From NCBI RefSeq assembly GCF_009914755.1, contig NC_060943.1: DNA of 64,000 nucleotides. The stretch is one strand, 5' to 3'. The first letter of the stretch is position 1, and the number at the start of each line of letters is the position of its first letter. The position numbers and the translations under genes are program-made. Under the pieces are notes generated by a model. It did not search any database, was not told where the DNA came from, and worked only from the letters and a program-made list of their open reading frames with translations. Shown here piece by piece: positions 1 to 18,816 of this stretch. This stretch comes from the human T2T-CHM13v2.0 reference genome, Homo sapiens.

Positions 1-1045
1 AAGTGTTCTCTGATTAGTCATTGTTTTCATGCTTTGATTAAACACGGTTTTCTTTTGTTCTTTGAAGATGTATTTTTATTGGCTGCTTTGAAGTCTGTCT
101 GTTAAGTCCAACATTTGGGAACCCTTGGAAATAGCTTCTGTTTATACTGAGTATTTTTTTTTTTATACTAGATAAGCCATACTTTCCTGTTTAAAACTGG
201 ACATTTTAAATAATACATTGTAACAGCATTTATTTCTGATACTCTCCTGCCAGGGGTTATTGTCCCTTTTTTTGTTTGTTTTATGACTTGGCCAAGATTA
301 ATAATGAGTTTTTCTCTACAGCGTGTGGCCTCTGATGTCTCTCCTCAGTTATGTTTGACTACTTATGGGTCACCTTGGATCAATATATCTTAGTGATCAG
401 CTGGTGACTGGTCAGAGATTGTACTTAGGCATCTTGTTTTGGTAAGACTTTCATCCTTTGTCAAAGTCTCTGTTTTGTTTGAGGAACACACTGAAAATTT
501 ATGCAGTTTACGAGTCTTCCCTGGGGGTATGTATATAGTTAGAGCCTTCTCTGGTCTCTCAGCATGTTCATACCCTAATATGCCCATTACCTTTCAAAAT
601 GTAAGCTTATCAAGGACTATGATTGTCTCACTTCCTGATTGTTTCTGTTAAATCTCCAGGCAGAAAATTTTTTTCTTCTGATCTCTTGGTTGGCCCAGCT
701 ATAGTATTTCAGCTTCAGGTCATCTATGATGTATGTGGACCTCTCCTATGTTTGGCACTGAAATTGCTATATTTAACAAAGCCCCTGGGCGTTGGGTTTT
801 TCCACGTTGTTTCAGATTGAGTCAGCTCCCTACAGTATAAATGCTTCTGGTTTTACAAGCTGTCCCACCCTGTTAGAACTATTGTCTGAAGGAGCTGGGG
901 TGAGGGAGAGTGGTCACAATGCCACATACTGTCATCATTTTTACCCAACTTTCAGTAGTTTTCTTGAATAAACACTTCTCCATTTGTCCTATGTTTTGGT
1001 CAATACTCAGAGGTGAAAAGTAGTTGTTTTTGATAATTTTGTCTA
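1..1045 (-). mobile_element. Old L1 (L1M-type) ORF1/5'UTR-region fragment, interrupted by a younger L1
   Basis: T-rich antisense L1-like text (e.g. 'tctgttaagtccaacatttgg', 'cttgaataaacacttctccatttg...tttttgataattttgtc') that appears to resume at ~7417-7480. Confidence 0.55.
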
Positions 1046-1049
1046 ATTT

Positions 1050-4000
1050 TTTTAAAAGTCTGTTTTTTAAGAGCAATTTTAGATTCACAGCAGTACTGAG
1101 CAGAAGGTACAGAGATTTTCCATATATCCCATGCTCCCACACCTGCATAGCCTCCCCTATCATCAACATCCCCACCAGAGTGATACATTTGTTACAATAG
1201 TTGAATATCCATTGCCACAGTAGTTGAATATCCATTGCCACATCATCACCCGAAGTTGATAGTTTGTATTAGAATTCACTCTTGGTGGACATTCAGTTGC
1301 TTTGGATAAATATATAAGAACACATATCCACCATTATAGTTGCTGAGTAGTCTCACTGCCCTAAAAATCCTCTGTGCTGTGCCTATTCATCCGTCCCTAT
1401 GCCCCAATACCTGGTAATCACTGATTTTTAAAATTGTCTTCATAGTTTTGCTTTCTCTGGGATGTCATGTAGTCGGAATCACATAATGTTTAGCTTTTTA
1501 AGATTGGCTTCGTTCTCCTTTGAGTTTCCATAATGTCTTTTCATGGTTTGATAGATCTGAAAATAATATTCCATTGTCGGGATGTACCGCAGTTCATCCA
1601 TTCACCTACTGAAGGACATCTTGGTTGCTTTCAAGTTTTGGCAAGTACAAGTAAAACTGCTATAAACATCAGTGTGTGGCTTTTTGTGTGGACATACGTT
1701 TTCAGCTTCTTTGGGTAAATACCAAGTGGTATGATTGACAGATCATATGGTAAGACTATGTTTTGTAAGAAACTGCCAAACCGTCTTCCAATCTAGCTGT
1801 ACTATTTTGCATTCCCACCAGCAATGAATGAAAGTTCCTGTTGCTCCACATTCTAGCCAATATTTGGTGGTGTCACTGTTCTGGATTTTGGCTATTCTAA
1901 TAGGTGTGTAGTGGTAACTCATTGTCATTTTAATTAGCATTTACCTGATAAAACATGATATGGATCATCTTTTCAGATGCTTATTTGCCATCTGTGTGTC
2001 TTCTGGTGAGGTGTCTGTTAAGGACTTTGGCCCCTTTTTTAGTCAGGTTGTTTTCTTATTGTGTTCAATTTAATACTTATTTGTGTATTTCAGATAACAA
2101 TCCTTTGTCAGAAATGCCTTTTGCAAATATTTTCTCCCAGTCTGTGGTTTGTCTTTATATTCTCTTGACAGTGTCTTTCACACAGCAGAAATTTTAATGA
2201 AGTCCAGCTTATCAGTTTATTCTTTCATGAATCATGCCTTTGCTGTCATATCTAAAAGGCCATTGCTAAATCCAAAGTCATCTAGATTTTTCTCCTATAT
2301 TCTAGAGTTTTGTAGTTTTGCATTTTATATTTAGGTCTGTGACCAGTTTTGAGTTAGTTTTTGTGAAGGGTGTATGGTCTGTGTCTAGATTTGTTTTGCA
2401 TATGATGTCAGGTTGCTCCAGCACTATTTGTTGCAGACTTTCTGCTCCATTCCATTGCCGTTCCTCCTTTGCCAAAGATCAGTTGACTGTATTTATGTAG
2501 CTCTGTTTCTGAGCTGTCTGTTTCATTTCATTGACCTGTTTCTCTCTTATCAATACCATACTGTCTCGATTGCTGTAGCTTTGTAGTAAGTCTTGAAGTC
2601 TGAAAATGTCAGTTAACTTTGTTCTCCTCCCATATTGTGTTGGGTATTCTGGGTCTTTTACCTCTCCATGTAAACTTTAGAATCAGTTTATTGGTATCTA
2701 CAAAATAATTTGCTGGGATTATGAATGGGATTGCATTGAATCTATAGATCAAGTTGGAAAGAACTGATATCTTGACAGTTGAATCTTCCTGTCCATGAAC
2801 ATGGAGTACCTCTCCATTGATTTAGTTCTTTGATTTCATTTGTCAGAGTTTTGTATATAAGTCTTGTACATAACTTATTAGATTTAAACCTAAGTATTTC
2901 ATTTTGAGGGTGCTACTGTAGATGGTATTGTGTTTATAATTTCAAATTCCACTTGTTCACTGCTGGTGTATAGGGAAGTGATTGACCATTGTAACCTTGC
3001 TATAATCACTTATAAGTTTCAGGAGGTTTTCTTTTTTGGTTGATTCTTTCCAGTTTTCTACAAAGATGACTGTCATCTATGTACAAAGACTGTTTGGCTT
3101 CCTCCTTCCAAATGTGTATACCTTTTATCTCTTTTTCTGTATTATCAAGGACTTGCAATATGAAGTTGAAAAGGAGTGGTGAGAGGGGATATCCTTGCCT
3201 TGTTCCTGATTAGTGGGAAGGCTTCAAGTTTCTCACCATTAAGTATGATGTTAGCGTGGGTTTTTGTAGATTTTTAAAAATTAAATTGAGGAACTTCACC
3301 CTATTCCTAGTTTACTGTGAGTTTTTATTATTAGCAGGTGTTGGATTTTGCCAAATGCTTTTTCTTCATCTATTGATGTGATCATGTGATTTTTTTCTTC
3401 TTTACCTTGTTGATGTGATAGATTACATTGATTTTCAAATGTTGAACCACCCTTGCATACCTAGAATAAATCTCACTTGGTCATGGTGTATAATATAATC
3501 CTTTGCATACATTTTTGGATTCAGTTTAATAGTATTTTCTTGAGTTTTGCATCTGTGTTTATTAGCAATATTTGTCTGTAGTTTCTTGTAATGTCTTTGC
3601 CTGATTTTCATATGGTAATGCTGAACTCATAGAAGTAGGGAGTACTCCCTGTGCTTCTATCATCTGAAAGAGATAGGAGAGAATTGGTGTATTTTTTTTT
3701 TTTCCTTAAATGTTTCATAGAATTCATAAGTGTATCTGTCTGGGCCTGCGCTTTGTGTTTTGGAAAGTTATTAATTATTTAATAGAGATAGTCTTATTCC
3801 GATTGTCTGTTTCTTCTCGTGTGAGTTTTGGTAGATTGTGCTCTTCAAGGAATTGGTCCATTTTTTCTAGGAGTACCATATTTGTGTGCATAGACGTGTT
3901 CATAGTATTTCTTGGTTATCCTTTTAATCTCCCTGGGATCTGTAATGACATTCTCTTTTTTTATTTCTGAAATCAGCAATTTGTGTCCTCTCTCTTTTTT

Positions 4001-7000
4001 CTTAGTTAGCTTGTCTTACTGATTTTATTTATCTAAGAACCAGCTTTTGGTTTGGTTGATTTTCTCTACTGATTTTATGTTTTCAATTTCATTGATTTCT
4101 GCTTTAAATTTTTATTCTTCTCCTTACTTTGGAATTAATTTCCTCTCCTTTTTCTATTCTTATAAGGTGAAGGCTTAGATGATTAATTTTAGATCTCTCT
4201 TTTCTGATATATGCATTCAGTGTTAAAAATTTTCCTTTAAGCACTGTTTTCACTGCATCCCACAAATTTTGATAAGTTGTATTTTTTATTTTTGTTCAAA
4301 ATATTTTAAAATTTCTTTTGAGACTTTCTTTGATCCATGTGTTACTTAGAAGTGTGTTGTTTAATCTCCAAGTATTTGGGAGATTTTCCAGCTATATTTG
4401 TTATTGATTTCTAGTTTAATTCAATTGTGATGTGAGAGCAGACACTGTATAATTGCTATTTTAAATTTGTTAAGGTGTGTTTTATGACCCCAAGTGTGAT
4501 TTGTCTTGGTTAATGTTCCATATTAGCTTGGAAAAAATTATGTATTCTGCTGTTATTGAATGAAGTAGTCTGTAGATAACCATTATATCAAGTTAGTAAA
4601 TGGTGTTAATGAGTTCAGCTGTGTCCTTAACTGATCTTTTGACTGCTGGATCTGCCCATTTCTGATAGATGGGTACTGAAGTTTCTAGGTATAATAGTGA
4701 ATTCATCTGTTTCTCCTTCCAGTTCTGTCAGTTTTTTCTTATGTAGTTTGATGCTCTGTTTTTAGATGCATACACATTAAGGATTGCTATGTCTTCTTGG
4801 AAAATTGACCCCTATGTAACTGTAGAATGCTCCTCTTTTTTCCTGATAACTTTCCTTAATCTGAAGTCTGCTCTATCTGAAGTGAATATAATGACTCTCA
4901 CTTTCTTTTGATTAATGTTAGCATGGTATATCTTTCTCCATCCATTTACTTTCAATTTATATGTGTCTTTAAGGTTTTTGTAGACAGTGTATAGTTGGGT
5001 CTTATTTTTTGGTTCATTCTGACAATTTATTTGTCTTTTAATTGGTACTTTTAAACCATTGGCATTTAAAATGATTATTGATATCGTTGGATTGACATCT
5101 ACCATATTTTTACTGTTTTTATATTTGTTGCCCTTGTTCTTTTTCCTGTTTTTGTCTTCCACTCTTTTTCTGCTGTTTGGGTTTTTTTGTTTGTTTCTTT
5201 TCTCTTATCGATCCCTTGCCTGTTAAATACCCCTTTTGATTTTAATTGAGCATTTTTTATGATTCCGTTTTCTCTACTTAGCATATCAGTTATACTTTTT
5301 AAAAGCATCTTTTTAGTAGTTGCCCTGGAGTTCGGAACATCTACAGCTAATCCAAGTCCACTTTGAAATGATGATACTATACCATTTCATGGGTAATGCA
5401 AATGCCTTACAACAATCCTTATTCCTCCTCTCTGCTGTTCCTTGTATTGTTGCTGTTATTTATTTGACTAACACATCAGTATACATAAACATGTATATGT
5501 ACATAGGTATACAAAATCAAATGCATTGTTGGTACTATTATTTGGAACAAATTGTTATCTGTTAAATAGGTAAGAATAAGAAACTAAGTTTCTGTTTTAC
5601 GTTTACCTCTTCCTTATGCTCTTTATGAAGATCCGAATTTCTGAACTATATGATTTTCCTTCTATCTAAAGAACTCCTTTAACACTTCTGGAGTGCAGTG
5701 CCATGATCATGGCTCATGGCAGTCTGAATTCCTGGACTTCAGCGATCCTCCCACCTTGGCCTCCCAAAGTGCTGGGATTTCGGGTGTAAGCCACTGCACC
5801 TGGCCTCTCTCCTTTATTTTCGAAGGCTATTTCTCAGGATATAGAATTCTAGGTTGATAGTTCTTTTCTCTTGGTGCTTTAAATATTTCACTCCACTCTT
5901 CTTACTTGCATGCTTTCTAAGAAGTTGGGTATAATTCTTTCTTTTGCTTCTCTATAGGTAATGTGTTTTTTTCCCTCTGGTTTCTTTCAGGATTTTTCTT
6001 TATGAATTCTTATAGTTTGAAAATGATGATGCCTAGGTGGAATGTTTATCCTGCTTAGTGTTCTCTGAGCTTCCTGGATCTGTATTTGGTGTCTTATAAT
6101 AATTTTGGGGAAATTCTTAGTTGTTACTGTTTCTGATATTTCTTCGGTTCCTTTTTTTTTTTCTTCTACTGATTTTCCCATTTTGCATATGCTACCCCCT
6201 TTGTAGATGTCTTGCAGTTCCTGGATATTCTGTTCTGGAGTTTGCAGCCTTTTTTTTTTTTTTCTCTCTCTGTTTCCTTTTCAGTTTGGAGGTTTCTGTT
6301 GAGATATCCTCAAGCTCAGAGATTCCTAGCTTTATTCAGTCTGCTAATGAGCCCATCAAAGCATTCTTCATTTCTCCTGCAGTGTTTTTGATCTCTAGCC
6401 TTTCTTTTTGGTACTTTTTAGAATTTCCATCTCTCTGCTTACATTGCCCACTTGTGTTTGCATCCATCTAGTTTATTCATTAGAGCCTTTAGTATATTAA
6501 TCATAGCTGTTTTAAATTCCTGGTCTGATCATGTCAACATCCTTGCTATATCTGTCTTGTTCTGATGCTTGCTCTATCTCTCAAATGACCTTTTTTGCCT
6601 TTCAGTATGCCTGGTGATTTTTCCTTAACAGCTGGGCACGTTCCTGAGTAAGAGGAAAGGCTGTAAATAGGCCCTTAGTAATGTGGATTTCTTTAGAGTT
6701 CTATAGTCCTGTGATCAGGTCTTAGTCTTTGAGTGAGCCTGTGCCTCTAGACTGTGTACATCACATGTGCTTCTCATTTCCCCCATCAGCCTTACTGAAG
6801 ACACGATGACTAGAGGGAGCTGGTGTTTGGTATTTCTCTTCTCCCACATGGAAGGCAGGAGCTGCCTGAGGTTATTTCCCTTCCCCTAGGTCAGTTTGGC
6901 CCTGATAAAACCCCAGCAGTTTATCTTCCGGTTAAATAGTTTCTCCTGCGGGCAAACCTTGTTAAGAAGAACAGAGTGTTTTGGCATGTTTTTAAATGGT

Positions 7001-7415
7001 TCCTTTTCCTTTTCCCCTGCTGCAAACACAGGGGGATAGTTCTCAGATACTTGCTTTGAGAACCTGGTAGAGCTCCTGGAGGTAAAACTCACAAAAGTAT
7101 GTGTGCTGGGGAATGACTGAGTCCCCCTGGAATTTTCAACTCAAGACTTGTCCACACTGTGCAGTTAAGTTAATTACAGTTCAGGTTTCCCTAGCCTGTC
7201 AGTTTTCCCTGGAGGCCTCTGTCTGAGGGTCTCGGCTCCAGTTACTTGTGCTTCTCTGCCTTTGCCTGCCGGTCACTCCAATTTCAGGGGCCATGATAGT
7301 TTGCCCTGTGGCTTCACTGTTCTTAACTAAGAATTGATTTTTCAGTTTGTTTAGCTGTTTACTTATTAGGATGTAGTGACAACGTCCAAGCTTGTATGCC
7401 AGGCCAGAAACTAAT
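1050..7415 (-). mobile_element. Near-full-length degraded LINE-1 (L1MC-like)
   Basis: Minus-strand ORF remnants lie in L1 order. ORF1-like 'EEISE..KNFPK..IQIQEAQRTLSRIN..PRH' at 5987-6181, ORF2 endonuclease N-terminus 'ISIIILNANGLKVPIKRQ..GWRKIYHANINQKK' at 4812-5162, ORF2 C-terminal 'YHYTPIRIAKI..HCWWECKIVQ' at 1743-1940. The 3'UTR at ~1050-1500 resembles L1MC1/2. Many stops and frameshifts. Confidence 0.85.
5688..5805 (-). mobile_element. Alu monomer (FLAM-like) fragment inside L1
   Basis: 'gatcctcccaccttggcctcccaaagtgctgggatt...agccactgcacctggcc' is the reverse complement of an Alu left arm. Confidence 0.8.
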
Positions 7416-7633
7416 AGTCCAACTTTATCTTTGCTTTTTAGGGAAAGTATTTACAAAGGTCCTCACTTTGTCATTCCTCTCAATTACCTTTGAAACTTTT
7501 TCTTTAAATGTTAAATTGTCTACCTGTGAATTTACCATGTTGAGTGCTCTTCATTATTTTCTGTACATTGAAGTTGCCACCTGGTTTTCTTTTCCTCCAG
7601 CCTGTAGAACTTGCTTTAATCACGTTTTAAATG

Positions 7634-8810
<1,177 letters not shown>

Positions 8811-8936
8811 AATAATGTTTTAAATGTTGGTGTGCTAGATCAAGTTCTTTCAACTTTTCTCTGAAATAATATTATTTTGCCTTTATATTTGAAAGATATT
8901 TTTGCTAGGTATAGAATCCCAAGTTGACAGGTTATT

Positions 8937-8997
8937 TTCCTCCCTCCCTCCCTCCCTCCCTCCCTTCTCCCCTCCCCTCCGCTCACTCGCTCGCTTT

Positions 8998-9087
<90 letters not shown>

Positions 9088-9110
9088 GTCTCTCTCTCTC
9101 TTTCTTTCTT
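8937..9110. repeat. Compound pyrimidine microsatellite (CCCT)n-(CGCT)-(GCTT)~7-(TTCT)~15-(TC)n derived from an Alu tail
   Basis: Directly visible, and contiguous with the tail of the minus-strand Alu at 9111. Confidence 0.95.
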
Positions 9111-9394
9111 TTGAGACGAGGTCTCGCTCTGTCACTCAAGCTGGAATGCAACAGCATGGATCATAGCTCACTGCAACCCTTGGGCTCAAGCAGTCTTCCT
9201 GCCTCAGTCTCCTGAGTACCTGGGACTACAGACACATGTCACCAGGTCCAGCTAATTTTTAAATTTCATGTAGAGACGGGGTCTCACAATGTTGTCTAGG
9301 CTGGTCTTGAACACCTGGGCTCAAGTGTTCCATCCTCCTGCCTTGGCCTCCCAAAATGCTGGGATTATAGGCATGAGCCCCACCATGCATGACC
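9111..9394 (-). mobile_element. AluJ-type element
   Basis: Reverse-complement Alu dimer with J-type features ('atcatagctcactgcaacc', 'gggctcaag'). Confidence 0.85.
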
Positions 9395-9708
9395 TGGTTT
9401 TCTTCTCTAGCACTTTGAAGATGTTTTCCCTTGTCTTTTGCACTTCGTGGTGCTGTGTTATCTTTTATTAGTCTTATTTCAGTTCCACTGTAGGTAGTAT
9501 GCATTTTCCTCTGGCAATCTAATTATGATATGCATAGGTATATTCTTTGTGTTTGGTCTTGTCAGGGCCTGTTGAGTATCTTGGATCTGCAGATTTAGAG
9601 TTTTCATCAAATGTGGAAATATTTTGGCCATATTTTTTCCAATTTTGCTTGGGCCCCAATCTCTTTTTCTCCTGTTTCTGGAACACCAATTACATTTATA
9701 TTATATAG

Positions 9709-10021
<313 letters not shown>

Positions 10022-10469
10022 TAGCTTTTATTGTTCCATAAGGTCACCGAGGCTTGGTTCATTTTTGTGTAGTCCTTTTTCTTTCTGTGTTTAATTATGG
10101 TTAATTTTTATTGATATATCTTCATGTTCACTAAATTTTTATTTTTATTTTTTTGTAATGTCTGATTTACTCTTGCACACATCCAGTAAATTTTTTGTTT
10201 CAGATATTATATTTGAACATGCCTACAGGAATATACCTGTATACCTCTAGGATTTCCATTTTTTAAATAAGATTTTTAATTTCTCTTTATTATGTTAATG
10301 ATTTTCTTTAAATTTTGAAGCATATTTATAATAGCTGTTTTAAAGTCCTCATCTGCTCATTCTATCATTTCTGTCATTTTTGTGTCTATTCCTACCTGGC
10401 TGTGGGTCATAATTTGGATCCTATTTTCATGTTTAGTAATTTTTAATTTGATGCCAGAATTTTGGTTAA

Positions 10470-10995
10470 TCTTTTTATTTTGGAATAAACCTAGATTTAC
10501 GGAAAAGTTTAAAGATAATGCAGAGAGTTCTCATACGTTCCTCACCCAGTTTTAGTGTCCTCTAATGTGAACACACTACATTACCAAGGTACATGTGTCA
10601 GAACTAAGAAATTAGCACAAGGCAATACTATTTACTAAAGTATAGACTTTATTGAAATGTTACTAGTTTTTCTACCAATGTTCTTTTTCTTTTCCAGGAT
10701 TCATTCCAAGATACCTGTTGTATTTTGTGGTCATGTCTTCTTAGTCTCATCCTATCTGACAATTTCTCAATTTTTTCTTTTTCATGACCTTGTACTTTTG
10801 AAGAGTATTGGCCTGTGGGTGTTTTACAGAATATTCCTCAATTTGAGTTTGCCCAGTGTTTTCTTACAATTAGCCTGAGGTTGTGAGTTTTCAAGAGAAT
10901 ACCATAGATGTGAGGTGTCTTTCTCTGCACATAATATCACTGCGTTAATCTTGATTACTTTGTTGAGTTGGTACCTGTTTGGTTTCTCCACTATA
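10470..10995 (-). mobile_element. L1MC/L1MD-like 3'UTR fragment
   Basis: 'agatttacggaaaagttt..agagagttctcatacg..cacccagttt..aactaagaaattagca..atactatttactaaagtatagactttatt' resembles an old L1 3' end. Confidence 0.6.
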
Positions 10996-11339
10996 AGACC
11001 AGTCTTATTTTGCTTGGATTCCTTCTCTCTGTGCTGTGGTCCAACAAACCTCTCAAGACAAAGAGTGATTATAGGACTTACCTCATTTACTTAGGAATCT
11101 TAGTCTTATATTTCTTGGTCCTAGTGTCTGAAAACACTTGTTTTCAGTTTTCTAGCTGTTTATGGCAGAAGAGCAAATTCTGTAGCCCTGAATCCTTCAA
11201 CACTAGAGTCAGAAGTCCTTGGCAGGACCTCTTCTTGAGTTCCTTGCTTGCAGTTTCTCAGTTAATTTCATAGCTTGCAGTTCCTCTGATCTTGACCTAC
11301 ATGAAGGCCAACTCACAGCTAGCATTCCCAAGGGAGACT

Positions 11340-13892
<2,553 letters not shown>

Positions 13893-14418
13893 AGACTCCA
13901 CCCTTACCTAGAGCTCAGGCAGATAGGAACAAGTTTCCTTGCTGTGGTTCGTGTTTTTGACAGTGGGAACATTTGTTCTAGTCCAGCCGTTCACTCTGGC
14001 ATTCTGGCAGCCTTTCCGGGGTCTGGTCTTCATGTATGATCTTAGTTCTACCATCTTGTTCGAGCTCAAGGACTTGCCGCTTATTTCCTGGTGCTTTTAA
14101 AACATAAATTTCTTGGCTAGGTCCCAGGACAGCTCTAACTTGATGCCAGTGGTTTTAGCTTTTTCTTTTCCTTCATTTTTAGCCACTGGTGATTTCTGTT
14201 ACTTTCATGCAAGTAAGGCTCTGTATTTGAGAAGATATTTATTACATTTTATCCAGCATTTATAGCAGGAGAGTTGGTGGAGTACACTGTCTGTAGTGTT
14301 CCTAAGCAATTCCTTGGTCTGCTGTTCTGCTTTATAATGGCTTGAAACAGAACACTTAAGGCCAGCTTCAGTTTGTCCCATTGAAACTTTCATATAAAAA
14401 AGAAAGCTGTAATTTTAA

Positions 14419-14736
<318 letters not shown>

Positions 14737-16259
14737 TAAGTTACAATTGAAAACTGTAAGGTACTGTGCTAAGAAGGCCTTCAAGTAACTGATCTTCATT
14801 GGGAAGGCAGGTTAAGTGTATAGGTCGAAGGAGAATACCAGAAGTGTTCCAGGAGCTGTACACTGAGAGTTATAACTTGGGAGTCATAGTATCTTCTTTG
14901 AGGTAAGAAAACTGGCAACTGCTTCACGTCAGAGGAGGTACTCTAGGTAGGGTTAAGGATCAAGTGGATTTCTAGGATGGAAAAAATTTGAGTGTTGGGG
15001 ACAGAGATGATGAAATTGAAACCTACACGGGTTTTATTTATGCCGTGTTCGAGTAATAAGAACTCAGAGCCTATTATCAGTAAAATGTATTTTTGGAGAT
15101 TACAGATATTTTCTTGGGCTCCAAGATTTTCTTGGTAATGTCTATTTGGGATCTTGGAAGCTAAACTGAGGGTAAGAATGGACTGTCAGTGATGATTTGT
15201 TGGTGAATCGTATTTGCAAAGAGGGAATGGTTCAGTCTGATAAGAATTGCAATAAAGACAAAAATGTTGTGGCTTAGGGCAGACTTGGCTATTCTAAGAT
15301 ATAGAGCGGTGTCTAGGCTAGATCCACCTGTAGTCACAAAGACGTAAGTTTAATTTTTTTACAGTTACTGGAAATCTTTCAAGGAGCACTTGTTAGGAGC
15401 TAATTGAGGTGCAACCAAAGAGCAGCACTCAGAACCTCTTCAGAAAAGTGAAGTTTGCAAATACTTGCTTGAAACTTGAATGTGCTTAAGAGCACGGAGC
15501 CGAATGTGACCTGTGCAGGTTTTCCACACGGCCAGGACTCAGACCTGTGTGTGTCTTCTGTGCGGTTGTTGCACACTCCAAATCTGGTCTGTGTGGGTTC
15601 CTTAATAAGAAAGTCGCTGTAGGAAAAGCTGTCCATGTTGGAACTATGCAAAAATCTCTGAGAATTGGAAAGTTTTCTGGAAATCTATTGATTTTTTTGA
15701 AAAGTAAGGAGGTCAGTTTCCAATAACGATGAAAGGGAAGAAAACCCAACCAATGAATCTATGATTACTACCACAGTGGGTGTTTAAAACAGAAATATTT
15801 TTGGAACATGACATTTTATGTTGCAATGGAATCAACTGATGAGGGCTTGGGATGGGGGATTCCCTGATGGTTAATATCAGATTGACTAGGGACATTCTTC
15901 CACGCCAGCCAATCTCAGGAACACGGGAAGACGTGAGGGCTCCACAGGGTTAAGTGTGGACTGCCCATGGAAGAGCTGAGGGTTTCCCTATAATTATTCT
16001 TCATACTCTTCATCTTGGTGATCATTAACTTGGCATCAGCACCCTTTGGGGGCTATTTGTCCATTTTCAGCTGTTTCCTCTTGAACTATAAAGGCTCTCT
16101 CAACTTTGAAATGTACTGACCAGGCCACACTAGTAAGTTGTGGAGCCTGAATATATGGCAGCTGATGAATACAATGATGATGGTAGACATAGCCTTCCTT
16201 ACGACGGGAGCCGCGGAAACCATCAGTCAGTCGACACCTTTCTGGTAACCTGGGCGTGG

Positions 16260-17190
16260 TTCATTACCCAGGTGGCATTCTCTTGCTTTGGAAATTTAAA
16301 AAATGGCAGATTTCTGTGTCCTAATAGTGGCAAATGCAGCTGTTTTTGTTGTTCATTTTAGCAAACTAATGACTTCTGCAAAAAGACGAACCAAGATTAA
16401 AAGAAATCAGATGTGTGTATTTGGTATGCAATATTTTTGTATTACAAATAGCTACATTCTAACCCACATTAACCCCATGATATGTGAATTTTGCCAACTC
16501 CTGCTATGTCTTTTAAATCAAATCCGGTAAATCACTATGAATGTTCTAATTTCTAAACAAACTAGTCTTCCAGTAGAAGTGCTTTAACACTGTACTGCAA
16601 ATTAGACAACCTAAGATAAATGGACCATCTTTGTTAATTGTGTAGTTTAATTGATCAAAACTACCAGATAGGATTTTTATAGTGATTTTGCTTAGTATCA
16701 AATTCTATACTATTAAATAGCTTGTGAGTCATATATTTGGGGTCATTAAGATATATGCTGTTATTTAGCGTCTGTTAACCTTATTAAGCACCTTCTTTTT
16801 GGTCTAGTTCATGTCACAATATGAAATTGCTTTTAATTGAGATGACCAACTTCCATTACATTGTTCAACCCCTGTACAAAGCACTTTTCATTTTTGCTCT
16901 ATTGATCGAGCAGCAATTGACTTGAACTATATTCAGAACCTGGTGGGGGAAGATGGGAGAAGATTTCTTGAAATGTTCTTTTTGCTGGTGGTTTTTCTCT
17001 CTGCATACCCCGCTGTTTGCTTGTAACTAATTTTGCATGCCAGTAGGTAGCAGTGGTGAGCAGAGGCACAGACAGAAAGCTGCCAGTCAGCGATTATAAA
17101 TTATTATTCATTTCTGTTATAGGTGGGGTGTGCAGTCAGTTACAGTAATAATTACCAGGACTAGAGGGTTTCCTAGGCAACCAATTTCCC
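16260..17190. promoter_or_regulatory. Candidate conserved non-coding element / enhancer
   Basis: Repeat-free AT-rich block dense in TAATT(G/A), CTTTGTT and CATTGTT motifs. Conservation is inferred, not measured. Confidence 0.5.
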
Positions 17191-18453
17191 CCCTCATTCA
17201 TGCTGTTGCTGAGAGAGTTCCTGTAAAGCATGACATTGCTGTATTCTGAGGTTTGTTGCCCCCCTGCTGCTCCAGGTTTGAGGTTAGTTACAGCATCATA
17301 AGACGCTCTCAAGCATAGAGAACTCAGGCTGGGCTTAAAAAGCATGCCGGCAGCAGGGCCTCTCCGCTGCTGCTTCACTTTTAAGGGACAGGGTTCCAAA
17401 AATGCAAATCCTGCATCTTGCTTGGTAACAGGAAGATCTCTTTAAGTTGCAGAACCTTTTATTTTTTATTATTTTGAAGATAGTGGATCATTTCATTTTT
17501 ATAGTTTTATTATTTGATAAAAACGTGCAGAGACAGACCTAAAACTAGACTTCTCCTTAGGATTTGAGTCTAATAAATCAGTGGGGAACTGTCACAGCTA
17601 ATCATGGTTGTGTTTGTTGTTTATTCAGTTTTATGAAAATGGCTCATGAAGAGAAAGGCAGCACTCTTCCTGCAGCAGCAGAATTAGTCCTTTATGTAGT
17701 AGGAAAATAATGGAAACCACATCTATTATCCGGGATCTATACATGAATCATATTATCCTATATTTGGGGGCTCTCCAATCTTTCATTTTAATGAACTTAA
17801 CATCAAGTGCTTTGCAGTGATAAAAAAGTAGTATTTGTTTGTGTCTGCTGTGAAAAAAGATAGGGGTTCATGTTTCAGTCTTACGTGGAGATGTGAAATG
17901 TTTATCCATTTACAAGGCAGAAGTCACAAACCCAGACACAAGGCATCCGATCTCGTCCTCTGCTAGATGATTACAGACATGTTCAGTGCCTCACATTGGA
18001 CCTGTGTATTTATCACCGCAAGTTCTCAGCAGGATGTAAGTTGTCTTCGTCAGTGTTCTTGGTGGGGACACCACCAGCGCTAGGCATGACCGATGAGTTC
18101 CTTGTCTGTGAACCATGACTGGGCTCTTGGACTTCTGGAGCTGCTTATACTTCCTGCAGGTGCCTGCTGTGTATTCAAGGGTGTGGTGGGGAACCTGCAG
18201 TCAAGTTCCAGGAGCAGCGAGGCTGCATGCAGGCTGGCTTGGTCCTGCAAGAGGCCACTGCTAACAACTCTATGCCTTTAGCCTTCCCTGGGTTTCTGGA
18301 GGAAAGCTGCCTTCTGCCCTGGACCCAGCTCCATCCTGCTCCGGAAGTGGCCCTAGGGTCCAGCTGTGCTGGGCAGTGAGACCTGCCAGTCACCATTTGT
18401 CCAAAACGTCTCACTGAGAATTGGCTTCCCACTTGAGAAAATCTTGAGGTCTA

Positions 18454-18816
<363 letters not shown>

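Noticed and set aside
1198-1242. 23-bp tandem duplication tagttgaatatccattgccaca(g)
   Set aside because: Real, but an ordinary slippage event inside a dead L1 3'UTR.
16165-16260. Possible C/D-box snoRNA (ATGATGA)
   Set aside because: No suitably placed D box with a terminal stem, and no host intron is evident.
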